Positions 35,950 through 51,095 of a DNA stretch of 64,000 nucleotides are shown here, one piece after another. The stretch covers positions 108,705 through 172,704 of the forward strand of contig DATBYD010000097.1 in assembly GCA_036513855.1 (NCBI GenBank). Direction: 5' to 3'. Each line of letters starts with the position of its first letter. Position 1 is the stretch's first letter. The DNA comes from Steroidobacteraceae bacterium. GTDB lineage: Bacteria > Pseudomonadota > Gammaproteobacteria > Steroidobacterales > Steroidobacteraceae. The position numbers were made by a program, and so were the translations under genes. The notes beneath the pieces were generated by a model. It was not told the origin of the DNA. It was given only the letters and a program-made list of their open reading frames with translations, and did no database searches.

Positions 35950-37061
35950 AGGTGCGCCAACGGCTGGCGCTGATTCTCGTCCTCACCGCGACGGCGGCGC
36001 AGGCGCACGTGGCGAGCAACGGCTTCCTCGACGTGGAGGTGCGCGGTCGCGATCTGAGCGGCTCGATCGAGCTGGCAGTGCGTGACGTGGAGCTTGCGAT
36101 TGGCGTGGATGCAAACCGCGATGGACAGGTGACCTGGGGGGAGCTGCGGGCCGCCGAGCCGCAACTCGCCGCGTATGTGGCGCAGCACCTGAGCGTCGGG
36201 GTCGCCGATTCTGCCTGCGCCGTGCGCCTCGGGTCTTTGCAGGTCAACCCGCGCGTGGACGGAAACTACGCCTGGCTGCCCTTCACGGCGCGCTGCCCGG
36301 CGCTCGTGCGGGAGCTTCAGATCCAATACACGATGATGGCGGGCATCGACCCTTCGCATCGCGGTTTGCTGCGACTGAGCGCTGGCAGCCTGGTGCAGAC
36401 TTTCGTGCTCGGTGGCGCGGATGCCCCGGCCACCTTATCGGTTGAGCGCTCCTCGCCCTGGCGGGCAATCGAACAGTACTTTCGCGCCGGAACCTGGCAT
36501 ATCTGGAGCGGTATCGATCATCTGCTGTTTCTGCTGTCGCTGCTGCTGCCGGCAGTGCTGGTACGCGCGCACGGGCGGTGGGAGCCGGTGGAAAACGCAC
36601 GGCCCGCACTGCTCAGCATCGTGAAAGTGGTGACCGCCTTTACCCTCGCCCACTCCATCACCCTGTCACTCGCGGCCCTGAACGTAGTGCACTTGCCGAG
36701 CCGCCTGACCGAGTCGGTGATCGCAGCCTCGATCATCGTGGCCGCGCTGAACAACATCTTTCCTGCGGTCACCGAGTCGCGCGCGCGCATCGCATTCGCC
36801 TTCGGCCTGCTGCACGGCTTTGGTTTCGCCTCGGTGCTGGCGGACATGGGACTGCCGAGCGGAGCGCGTCTGCTCAGCCTCGTGGCGTTCAACTGCGGCA
36901 TCGAGGCCGGGCAACTGGCGCTGGTACTCGCGGTCATGCCGATCGCCTATGCTGTGCGTCGAGTAAGCGCCTACCGTCGCGCCGTGCTCCCCTGGGGTTC
37001 GGCGGCCATCGCAAGCCTGGCACTGGTGTGGTTCATACAGCGTGCATTCCTTGCGCAATGA
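35946..37061 (+). CDS. HupE/UreJ family membrane protein with an extended N-terminal periplasmic domain
   Basis: Signal peptide ending AAQA|HVAS. The periplasmic segment of about 170 aa contains DANRDGQVTWGE. The C-terminal six-span domain carries the HupE pattern (WSGIDHLLFLLSLLL, AFTLAHSITLS, FGLLHGFGFA). Both junctions are ATGA overlaps. Confidence 0.8.
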   Translation: MKVRQRLALILVLTATAAQAHVASNGFLDVEVRGRDLSGSIELAVRDVELAIGVDANRDGQVTWGELRAAEPQLAAYVAQHLSVGVADSACAVRLGSLQVNPRVDGNYAWLPFTARCPALVRELQIQYTMMAGIDPSHRGLLRLSAGSLVQTFVLGGADAPATLSVERSSPWRAIEQYFRAGTWHIWSGIDHLLFLLSLLLPAVLVRAHGRWEPVENARPALLSIVKVVTAFTLAHSITLSLAALNVVHLPSRLTESVIAASIIVAALNNIFPAVTESRARIAFAFGLLHGFGFASVLADMGLPSGARLLSLVAFNCGIEAGQLALVLAVMPIAYAVRRVSAYRRAVLPWGSAAIASLALVWFIQRAFLAQ

Positions 37062-39268
37062 CTGCCGGCCGCTGCACGGCGCCGTGGCGCGCGCTCGTCG
37101 CCTTGGCGACCTCGTGGCCTGGATTTGTCGGCGCCCAGACGCTCGACGTCGCTTCGGGTTCGATGACGGAGGTGACCGTCACCGCAGCGCGGCTCGATCT
37201 GATGGGCGAGAGCACCACGGCCAGCGAGGGGGTTGTCGCGGACGACGAATTGCAGTTGACTCCCGCGTACCGTCCGGGGCAGCTGCTGGAGACGGTGCCC
37301 GGTCTCATCGTCACCCTGCACAGCGGGGAGGGGAAGGCTAACCAGTTTCTGATGCGAGGCTACAACCTCGACCACGGCACCGATCTTGCCGTGTTCGTCG
37401 ATGGCATGCCGGTCAATCAACCTACCCATGCGCACGGCCAGGGCTACACCGATCTGAATTTCATCATCCCCGAGCTCGCCGACGCCCTGAGCTTCACCAA
37501 GGGACCGTATTACGCCTCAGTCGGCGATTTCGGCTCGGTTGGATCGGTGCGCCTCGATTATCGGGACTCCATTCCTGAGCAGGCCAGTGCCGGCGTCGGC
37601 ACCTTCGATTACCAGCGAGTGTTCGCGGCCGGCTCGCAGCCGCTGGCGGGCGGGGAGCTGTTGGCGGCGGCCGAAGTGCGCCATTACGACGGACCGTTCA
37701 CCACTCCTGATGATGCGCGTAAGGAGAACCTGGTGCTGCGTTACAGCCAGGCGGAGGGTGATCGCAGTTACTCGATCACCGCGATGTACTACCACCAGCT
37801 GTGGACCAACACCACGGACATCCCGGAGCGGGCCATCAGTGAAGGACTGGTCTCGGACCGCTTCGGCACGCTGAACCCCACCGACGGCGGTCGCGCTGAG
37901 CGCGCCAGCCTCTCTGCTCAGTATCGGCAAAGCTGCGGCAGTGGCCGCCTGTCCGCAGACGGCTACCTGATCTACAACCAGCTGCACCTCTACAACGACT
38001 TCACGCACTACCTGGTCGACCCGGTTCACGGTGACCAGGAGGATCAGTTCGAGAACCGGCACGTGATCGGAATGGCGGCCGAGTGCTCCTGGCCTGCGCT
38101 GGGGGAGTCGCTCAGGAGCGAACTCACCTTGGGGGTCGCCTCACGCTATGACGCGCTTGGCGTCGGCCGGCTGCCGAGCGAGGATCGCCTGCCACTGCCG
38201 CCGCAGACCGACCCGCCCGCGTTTTCAAATTCGGACCAGGTCTATCTGTTCAGCGGCAGCCTCTACGCGCAGGCGGTCACCCACTGGACCGCGCGGCTGC
38301 GCAGCGTCATCGGTGTGCGCGACGACTACCAGCACGGCACCGACGTTGACTATCTTGCATCGCTGCATGCACTGGCAGGCTTCTCCAACGCCGGAACGGT
38401 CAGCCAGTCACTCTGGCAGCCGAAAGCCAGCCTGATTTTCTCCCCGAGTCGCAGCGTCGAGCTGTACGCAAGTGCGGGCCGCGGCTTTCACAGCGCCGAC
38501 CTGCGCGGTGTCAATCAGGACCGCAGCGACGGCGCGCAGCCGCCAACGCCGCTACTGGCAAGCCAGCTGGGCGAGGAGCTCGGGCTTCGTACCCAGCCGC
38601 GGCGTGATCTGACCTTCACCCTGGCTTTGTACAACCTGTATCAGCAATCCGAGACGACCTACGATCCGGACATCGGCACCGATATCGCAGGACCACCCAG
38701 CCGGCGCTACGGATTCGAGTTCAACCTCACCTACCAGATTCGGCAGTGGCTGGAGCTGTACGGCAGCTACTCAGGAAACCACGCGCGCTTCACGCGCGAC
38801 TTCGACGACGGTACCGGTCACCTGGGTACCTACATTCCCAATGCACCGGTCGCGACCGGGGACCTGGCGCTCTACGTGACGAACCTCGGTCGCTGGAGCG
38901 GTGCTCTCGGGTACCGCTATCTCAGTCATTACCCGCTCTCTTCGGGACCGTGCGTGGATGCTGCGGCAATGAAGGACTTCCCGGGGGTCGGTGGCTGTGC
39001 GAACGCCCCGACGCTCCCCGGTCAGGTCGATGCAAAAGGGTTCGGGCAGTTGAACCTTGATGTGCACTACGCAGGCACGGCGGGGTGGGGCGCCACACTC
39101 GGGGTCTATAACCTCCTCAATACCCGCGCTGCGGCTGCGCAGTTCTGGTATGTCGACCGCCTGGCCGGGGAGGTCGGCTCATACCCGGACGGGCGTGCCG
39201 ATGTTCACGAGCATCCGCTCGAGCCCTTCATGATCAGACTGACGATCGCGAAGAGCTTCGGCAGCTGA
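37058..39268 (+). CDS. TonB-dependent outer-membrane receptor
   Basis: Signal peptide, TonB-box-like TEVTVTA, plug motifs (LETVPGLIV, RGYNLDHGTDLAVFVDGMPVN) and a long beta-barrel. The start is at the ATG overlapping the upstream stop; the track ORF start 36578 is an extension through hupE. Confidence 0.85.
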   Translation: MTAGRCTAPWRALVALATSWPGFVGAQTLDVASGSMTEVTVTAARLDLMGESTTASEGVVADDELQLTPAYRPGQLLETVPGLIVTLHSGEGKANQFLMRGYNLDHGTDLAVFVDGMPVNQPTHAHGQGYTDLNFIIPELADALSFTKGPYYASVGDFGSVGSVRLDYRDSIPEQASAGVGTFDYQRVFAAGSQPLAGGELLAAAEVRHYDGPFTTPDDARKENLVLRYSQAEGDRSYSITAMYYHQLWTNTTDIPERAISEGLVSDRFGTLNPTDGGRAERASLSAQYRQSCGSGRLSADGYLIYNQLHLYNDFTHYLVDPVHGDQEDQFENRHVIGMAAECSWPALGESLRSELTLGVASRYDALGVGRLPSEDRLPLPPQTDPPAFSNSDQVYLFSGSLYAQAVTHWTARLRSVIGVRDDYQHGTDVDYLASLHALAGFSNAGTVSQSLWQPKASLIFSPSRSVELYASAGRGFHSADLRGVNQDRSDGAQPPTPLLASQLGEELGLRTQPRRDLTFTLALYNLYQQSETTYDPDIGTDIAGPPSRRYGFEFNLTYQIRQWLELYGSYSGNHARFTRDFDDGTGHLGTYIPNAPVATGDLALYVTNLGRWSGALGYRYLSHYPLSSGPCVDAAAMKDFPGVGGCANAPTLPGQVDAKGFGQLNLDVHYAGTAGWGATLGVYNLLNTRAAAAQFWYVDRLAGEVGSYPDGRADVHEHPLEPFMIRLTIAKSFGS

Positions 39269-39283
39269 AGCGAATCGGGGCGG

Positions 39284-40360
39284 CTAAGGCATACCCAGCA
39301 GCTGTTGGGCCCCCCGCCACAGCTGCTCGACGACCCGCGCCGCGGGCTGCTCGCGTGCCATCGCTGCGGCCTGTCCCGCCCAGGCCTGCATGCGTTCGAG
39401 ATCGTTCTCGGCGAGCGCGGCAGCGCGCATGGCCGCGGTCAGCGCGCGCTGCACCGGGTAGGCGGCCGGGGACGGCGCGGCGGGTGCCATGGCGGCACGT
39501 ACGTAATTCGTGGCGATGCTGCGTCCCGGGCGGCCGCTGAAGACGCAACTGACCACGGTATCTTCCGGCGCGGTACGGGCCAATGCATCGGCCCAGGCCT
39601 TGTTGATCCTCGCCTCCGGGCAGCGCAGAAATGCGGTGCCGATCTGGACCGCGCTCGCGCCGAGCAACAGCGCGGCCGCCACCGCGCGCGGATCGGCGAT
39701 GCCTCCGGCCGCGACCACCGGGACCCTGACGGCGTCGGCGATCGCCGGCAGCAGCGCGATCAAGCCGACCTGGCGCCGTTCAGCTTCGGACGCCGTGAAA
39801 CTGGCGCGATGACCACCGGCCTCCATGCCCTGTGCCACCACCACGTCGGCCCCGGCGGATTCGGCCGCGCGCGCCTCGCTGACCGTCGAGACGTTCGCGA
39901 ACCAGGCGATGCCGCGCTGCTTGAGAGCGCTGACGAACGCCGGAGCGAACAGCCCCATCACGGAGGATATGACCGGCGGATGCGCCGCCAGCATGGCCTG
40001 GCACTGCTGCTCGAAATCCGGCGGCCGCGCATTGCCGGCGGTCGCCGGCACTGGCGGACCCCAGCCGGACAGGAAGGCGCGCACCTCGGCCTCGTGCGGT
40101 TCGTTGCGCAGCGGCGCACCATCGGCAATCCACACATTCAGCTGAAAGGCCCCGCCACCGTGACTGCGGACCTCCTTACACCAGGTTGTGATTTCTTCAG
40201 GCGACATGAGCAGCACGCCGCAGGCCCCAAGGCCGCCGGCGTTCGCGACCGCAATCGACAACTGCGGCGCGGATGCGCCTGCCATCGGCGCGAGCAGAAT
40301 GGGTCGTTTGATTCCGAAACGCGTGCAGAAACTTTCGACACGATTGCCCGTGCTCATCAT
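39284..40360 (-). CDS. Nitronate monooxygenase (NMO / 2-nitropropane dioxygenase family)
   Basis: FGIKRPILLAPMAGASAP ... VVAQGMEAGGH ... PVVAAGGIAD FMN-binding TIM barrel motifs. The start is at the internal MM. Confidence 0.85.
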   Translation of the reverse strand: MMSTGNRVESFCTRFGIKRPILLAPMAGASAPQLSIAVANAGGLGACGVLLMSPEEITTWCKEVRSHGGGAFQLNVWIADGAPLRNEPHEAEVRAFLSGWGPPVPATAGNARPPDFEQQCQAMLAAHPPVISSVMGLFAPAFVSALKQRGIAWFANVSTVSEARAAESAGADVVVAQGMEAGGHRASFTASEAERRQVGLIALLPAIADAVRVPVVAAGGIADPRAVAAALLLGASAVQIGTAFLRCPEARINKAWADALARTAPEDTVVSCVFSGRPGRSIATNYVRAAMAPAAPSPAAYPVQRALTAAMRAAALAENDLERMQAWAGQAAAMAREQPAARVVEQLWRGAQQLLGMP

Positions 40361-40424
40361 CGAAGCCTCCCTTTTACGTCCTGCTATCCTACCCGTCCCC
40401 CGCACGTGAAAAGGTTCTGGCGTC

Positions 40425-42533
40425 ATGTTGAATAACAAAAATCGCCTGGCGATAGCCACTGCCTGCCTGTTGCTCCCGCTCGCCGTCAGTGCTGAAGCAC
40501 CGGCGCAAAGAACGCCGATCACCCACGAGAAGCTTTGGATGATGAAGCGCGTGAGCGACGCTTCCGTGAGCCCGGACGGCAAATGGGTGGTCTTCTCCGT
40601 GCTCGAGCCCTCGTACGATCAGGACAAGGAGGTGAGCGATCTGTGGCTTATCCCCGTGGACGGCAGTCAGCCGCCGCGCCGTCTGACGAATACCAAGGCG
40701 CCCGAGAAAGACGTTGCCTGGTCACCCGACAGCCATGCCATTGCCTTTGCGACCAAGCGCGAGGGGGATGAGGTCGAGCAGATCTACATTCTGGATCTCG
40801 CCGCAGGCGGTGAGGCGCGCAGGTTGAGTAACCTCTCGAGCGGTGCTGCACATCCGCAGTGGCGTCCGGACGGAAAGGCGATGCTGTTCGAGTCCTCTGT
40901 CTTTTCGAACGCACTCGACGATGAGGCCAACAAAAAAATCGCCGCCGAACACAAGGAGCGCAAGTACAACGTGCGTGTCTACGAGCACTTTCCGGTGCGC
41001 TACTGGAACCATTGGCTCGATGAGCGCCAGCCGACCATCATGGTGCAGTCTTTGCAGGATGGCTCCGTCGCGAAGGACATTCTGTCACCCACCGCGCTGG
41101 CCCGCACACCGGGCTTTTCCGGTGTCGCGGACGATACCTCGGTGTCACTGGCCCCGATCTGGAGCCCGGATGGCCAGGAGATCGTCTTTGCGGCAACGTC
41201 CGAGCACTGGAATGCCGCGTTCGCACACGTTGGCTACCACCTCTACCGGATGCCCGCCGACGGAGGCGCTGAGCCGCGTCCGCTAACCCCGGCATCCGGG
41301 GTCTACAGCAGCGCCAAGTTTGCACCCGGTGGCGGCGCACTCTTCTTCAAGTACGCGCCCCAGGACGACGAGATCTATCACCAGGAGCGCCTGGAACGCG
41401 TGCCGTGGCCCGCCGCAGGGGAGGCGAGTCCCGTCACGCGCGACTTCGATCGCGAAGTCGCGGCCTTCGCGCTCACACCCGACAGCCGCAGCGTGTACCT
41501 GCTCATTCCGGAGGCGGGGAGGCAGAACCTCTACCGGGTCTCGGCGGGCGGCGGACAGCCGGTGCTCGTCGTCGCGCCCGCCGTCGGCGGCTACACCGCG
41601 CTCGAGATTGCCAAAAAGAGCCCCAGGCCGGTGCTTATCGCCGCCTACGGCAGCTCGGTCAATCCGGCCGAGATCGTGCGCATCGATCCGCAGGCGCGCA
41701 GGCACACCAATCTCACGAACATCGACACCGCGACGGCGGCGGCGATCGACTGGTCGTCCCCGCAGCACTTCTTCTTCACCAGCGCCGAGGGCCGCAGCAT
41801 TCACAACATGATCGTGCTGCCACCTGCCTTCGATGCCACCAGAAAGTATCCGCTGCTGGTGCTCATCCACGGGGGCGCGGCCAGCAACAATCCCGACCAG
41901 ATCGGACTGCGCTGGAACTATCACCTGCTGGGCGCCCCGGGCTACGTGGTGCTGATGACCGATTACACCGGCTCCACGAGTTTCGGCGAGAAGTTCGCCC
42001 AGGCCATCAAGCTCGATCCGCTTAAGACGCCCGGCGAGGAGATCAATCTGGCGGTCGATGAGGCGCTAAAGCGTTATCCGTTCATCGACGGCTCGCGGAT
42101 GTGCGCTGCGGGGGCAAGTTATGGCGGCCACCTGGCCAACTGGCTCGAGGCTACCACCACAAGGTACCGCTGCATCATCAGCCATGCGGGAGAGGTGGAT
42201 CTGACCACCCAGTGGGGCGAGAGCGATTCGATTTACAGCCGCGAGCTCAACAACGGCGGCCCGCCCTGGATGAACAATCCCATCTGGCGCGAGCAGAGTC
42301 CGCTTACCTACGCTGCCAACTGGAAGACGCCGATGCTGCTGAGCATCGGTGAGCGCGATTTCCGGGTGCCCATCGGCAACACGCTGGAGAACTGGAGCAC
42401 CCTGCAGCGCATGCACGTGCCGAGCCGCCTTCTGGTGTGGCCGGACGCCTGGCACTGGATCCTAAAGCCCGAGGACAGCCGCCACTTCTACCAGGAAGTG
42501 CACGCCTGGCTTGCGAAGTACCTACAACAATGA
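40425..42533 (+). CDS. S9 family serine peptidase (prolyl oligopeptidase / acylaminoacyl peptidase type)
   Basis: Signal peptide, a beta-propeller with WSPDG repeats, and a C-terminal hydrolase domain with GASYGGH, an Asp and a His. Confidence 0.9.
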   Translation: MLNNKNRLAIATACLLLPLAVSAEAPAQRTPITHEKLWMMKRVSDASVSPDGKWVVFSVLEPSYDQDKEVSDLWLIPVDGSQPPRRLTNTKAPEKDVAWSPDSHAIAFATKREGDEVEQIYILDLAAGGEARRLSNLSSGAAHPQWRPDGKAMLFESSVFSNALDDEANKKIAAEHKERKYNVRVYEHFPVRYWNHWLDERQPTIMVQSLQDGSVAKDILSPTALARTPGFSGVADDTSVSLAPIWSPDGQEIVFAATSEHWNAAFAHVGYHLYRMPADGGAEPRPLTPASGVYSSAKFAPGGGALFFKYAPQDDEIYHQERLERVPWPAAGEASPVTRDFDREVAAFALTPDSRSVYLLIPEAGRQNLYRVSAGGGQPVLVVAPAVGGYTALEIAKKSPRPVLIAAYGSSVNPAEIVRIDPQARRHTNLTNIDTATAAAIDWSSPQHFFFTSAEGRSIHNMIVLPPAFDATRKYPLLVLIHGGAASNNPDQIGLRWNYHLLGAPGYVVLMTDYTGSTSFGEKFAQAIKLDPLKTPGEEINLAVDEALKRYPFIDGSRMCAAGASYGGHLANWLEATTTRYRCIISHAGEVDLTTQWGESDSIYSRELNNGGPPWMNNPIWREQSPLTYAANWKTPMLLSIGERDFRVPIGNTLENWSTLQRMHVPSRLLVWPDAWHWILKPEDSRHFYQEVHAWLAKYLQQ

Positions 42534-42564
42534 CTGGCGTGCCATACGGGCGTTCACGGGACAG

Positions 42565-43701
42565 CTACAGTCCGCTCTTGATGCGTGTCCAGGTGCGCGT
42601 GAGCAAGCGCTGGTACTTGGGGTCGTATTCGGCGGGCAGATAGAGCCGAGCGCGCAGCTCGGGTGGCGGGTAGACGGCCGGGTCGTTGACGATTTGCGGA
42701 TTGACGAACGGGCGTGCCGCGAGGTTGTCGTTGCCGTAGTGGATGTCGTTGGTGATATCGGCGATCACGTGCGGGTCGAGGATGAAATTGATGAAGGCGT
42801 GCGCTGCGTGCGGATGCGGCGCCCCGGCCGGGATCAGCAGGGCGTTATAGGCGATATTCGAGCCTTCTCTCGGCAGCGTGAAGGCGAGGTGCAGTTCGAG
42901 GCCGGCTGCCCGTGACTTGCGCACGGCAATCGAGTAGTCGCTCGACCAGGCCATCGCGACGCACAACTCATTCGAGGCCAGCTGTTCCACGTAGTCGTTG
43001 GAGTCGAACACGCGTAGGTAGCGGCGCACCGACATCACCAGCTGCTCCGCGGCGTGCAGATCCTCCGGACGCCGCGAGTTCGGATCGAGCTGCAGATACT
43101 TCAACGCCAGCTGCACGACATCATCGGGCGAGTCGAGGAAACTGACGCCGCAGTCGGCAAACTTCGCAACCACCTCGGGTTTGAACAGCATGTCCAGGCT
43201 GTCCACCGGCGCCTGCGGCATGCGCGCCCGGATCAGCGGGACGTTGTACGCAAAGCCATTCATCGAGTGCAGGTAGGGGGCGGCGTAGCGGTTGCCGGGA
43301 TCCGCCTGCGCCTGCACCGCGAGAACCGCGGGATCGAGGTTTTTCCAATTGGGTAGTTGCGCCTTGTCGAGGGGCTCATACAGTCCCGAACGGATCTGGC
43401 GAGCGTAGTGCGACATGCTGGTGCTGACGACGTCGTACCCCGAGTCGCCGATGAGCAGCTTGCCCTCCAGGGTCTCATTCGAGTCGTAGAGGTCATAGAC
43501 CACCTGGATGCCCGTCGCGCGCTCAAAGCGCGCGATGGTGTCGTACCCGATGTAGTCCGCCCAGTTGTAGACGTGGAGCACCTTCTCTTCGGCGCCCGCC
43601 TGCGCGCGCTCCTCGCCAGCGGTGGTGGGCGAGGGCGAATGGTTGCACGCACACAGGCACGCAGCGGTGAGCGCTGCGGCCCGTGACCCCGCCCGCCGCA
43701 C
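42565..43701 (-). CDS. Polyamine-type ABC substrate-binding lipoprotein (PotF/PotD family)
   Basis: Lipobox (LTAACLCACNH). VLHVYNWADYIGYDTIARFE..TGIQVVYD is typical of PotF/PotD. Confidence 0.85.
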   Translation of the reverse strand: MRRAGSRAAALTAACLCACNHSPSPTTAGEERAQAGAEEKVLHVYNWADYIGYDTIARFERATGIQVVYDLYDSNETLEGKLLIGDSGYDVVSTSMSHYARQIRSGLYEPLDKAQLPNWKNLDPAVLAVQAQADPGNRYAAPYLHSMNGFAYNVPLIRARMPQAPVDSLDMLFKPEVVAKFADCGVSFLDSPDDVVQLALKYLQLDPNSRRPEDLHAAEQLVMSVRRYLRVFDSNDYVEQLASNELCVAMAWSSDYSIAVRKSRAAGLELHLAFTLPREGSNIAYNALLIPAGAPHPHAAHAFINFILDPHVIADITNDIHYGNDNLAARPFVNPQIVNDPAVYPPPELRARLYLPAEYDPKYQRLLTRTWTRIKSGL

Positions 43702-43718
43702 GCTCGCCTGGGCAGGTG

Positions 43719-44894
43719 TTAGGCGCGCGTCAATTCGGCTCTGACCCAGTCCTGAAATTGCCGTATCGCATACTCTTCCGGCATCAATACGCCGCGCTGA
43801 TGCGGCAGGGCGTGTAGTCCGCGCTGATTGAGCTCACAGATTTCGGCGTCCTCGCTCATCACGATGTTCGTGAACTCAACCGCATTCATGATGTCGCGCG
43901 TGGGATCGGTGAGTGTTTCGGGCAGGAACAGAAACTCGATGCTCATGTGGGTGCGCTCGGGCCCGAGCGGCAACAGGCGCACCACGCGCACGTAGTCCAC
44001 ATGCGCCACGATGAACACCGAGGGGACCGCCGTCATGTAGATGTGCCCTGCCTGGCGATCTTCGGCACTGACTTTCGGAAATGGCACGCCGGCGGGCTTA
44101 CCGTCCATGGACCAAGTTTCCGCCCCGCGGCGCAATCCGCCTCCGTACTTCGGGTCATCATCACTGGCGTGATCCTGCCAGGCCGGGTCATCGCGCCGCT
44201 CGAGCAGCGCTCGGCCGAAGATCGGTACCAGCTGGGTGAGCTTGGGATGCACGCCCGGGCAGTGCAGGCACTCGTTGTAGTTCTCCCAGAAAACCTTCCA
44301 GTTGCAGCGGATGGTCTTCGACAGCCGCTGCCCCACGACCAGATCGCCCATCTGCCAGTCGTCCAGCCGGTTGAGCGGCAGGTCGAAGCTCGCCGCAAAC
44401 GGCGGAGGGTGGGCCGTCAGCGCGGCAAAGACGAAACCGTTCCACTCCGTGACCGGCAGGCTGTACAGAGAGAAATCGCGTGCGTCGAATCCGTCGGGCT
44501 GCTGCTGCGAGGAGGTCTGCACCAGATCACCGCGCAGGCTGTAGCGCCAGCTATGGTATGGACACACGATCCCCGTCGCCGGAAAGCGACCCTCGCTTGC
44601 CCGGCACAGTGCGCCGCCGCGATGTCGGCAGGTATTATGAAAAGCGCGCGCGACGCGGTCCTCGCCGCGTACCACCAGGATCGACTGATCACCGAGTTCA
44701 AGAGTGCGAAAGCTGCGCGGTGACTCGACCTCGCTTGAGCGGCACACGTAGATCCAGTTGCGGTACCAGATCTGGCTCAGCTCCAGCTGGTAATGGGCGG
44801 GATCGATATAGTAGGGCGTCGGCAGAGTTTCGACCGTCGTGGTCAGACCCGAGTAACCCGGGTCGCGTCTCGCGGAAGTACGGCTGGCAGTCAT
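43719..44894 (-). CDS. Rieske [2Fe-2S] non-heme-iron oxygenase, alpha-subunit type
   Basis: Rieske motif CRHRGGALC...CPYHSWRY. The mononuclear iron region is ENYNECLHCPGVHP. Confidence 0.85.
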   Translation of the reverse strand: MTASRTSARRDPGYSGLTTTVETLPTPYYIDPAHYQLELSQIWYRNWIYVCRSSEVESPRSFRTLELGDQSILVVRGEDRVARAFHNTCRHRGGALCRASEGRFPATGIVCPYHSWRYSLRGDLVQTSSQQQPDGFDARDFSLYSLPVTEWNGFVFAALTAHPPPFAASFDLPLNRLDDWQMGDLVVGQRLSKTIRCNWKVFWENYNECLHCPGVHPKLTQLVPIFGRALLERRDDPAWQDHASDDDPKYGGGLRRGAETWSMDGKPAGVPFPKVSAEDRQAGHIYMTAVPSVFIVAHVDYVRVVRLLPLGPERTHMSIEFLFLPETLTDPTRDIMNAVEFTNIVMSEDAEICELNQRGLHALPHQRGVLMPEEYAIRQFQDWVRAELTRA

Positions 44895-45312
44895 GACCCT
44901 CTCCTACGCGTCAATCTGGCGTTATCGGCAGCGGCGCTCAGGGACACGCTTACGCCATTGTATCCGAGCCTCCCCCAGCGTAGTCCAATTCCTACAGCTG
45001 ATGAGCGACGCTGCCCGACATTCAAGGCCATAAGCTTGACGGTAGCATTCAGCCCATTGCGGCGGCTGCAGTCGCGCTTTTTGCGACCGCCTGTTGAGCC
45101 GCGATTGTCTCGAACAATAAGACTTAGCGACTGGTAGGATTTTCGTACATCACTGCCACGGGGTTTTTTGCGTGGCGATTGGGGGGCAGGGTGCAACTCT
45201 TCCCGCGGCAACGGATCGTAATGCGCGACCGCTCACAGGAGGGCCGGCAAGCACTGTCCTATGATCGGGGCGGGCGGCCTTCCCGTGCGATCGATTTTCC
45301 CGGAGTGTCCTA

Positions 45313-51066
<5,754 letters not shown>

Positions 51067-51095
51067 CTGGTCCAGAGCCGCGGGCCCGCGCACAG

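Noticed and set aside
36578-37057. 5' extensions of track ORFs that overlap upstream genes were considered. Cases are the TonB receptor from 36578, galE to 15368, TPR from 34513, enoyl-CoA hydratase from 21852, DUF885 from 24153, DDAH from 27883, NMO to 40582 and rsbS to 57825.
   Set aside because: In each case the extension overlaps a well-supported neighbour, and a downstream Met gives a proper family N-terminus or signal peptide, often with stop/start overlap. The extensions were trimmed.
44895-45312. A 418-nt, less GC-rich spacer lies between the Rieske oxygenase gene and the giant kinase gene. I examined it for a tRNA, sRNA or small gene.
   Set aside because: Only short weak hairpins were found (for example GCCACG-N10-CGTGGC and GTCGC-N7-GCGAC). 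There is no cloverleaf-like structure, terminator or convincing small ORF. It most likely holds divergent promoter regions.
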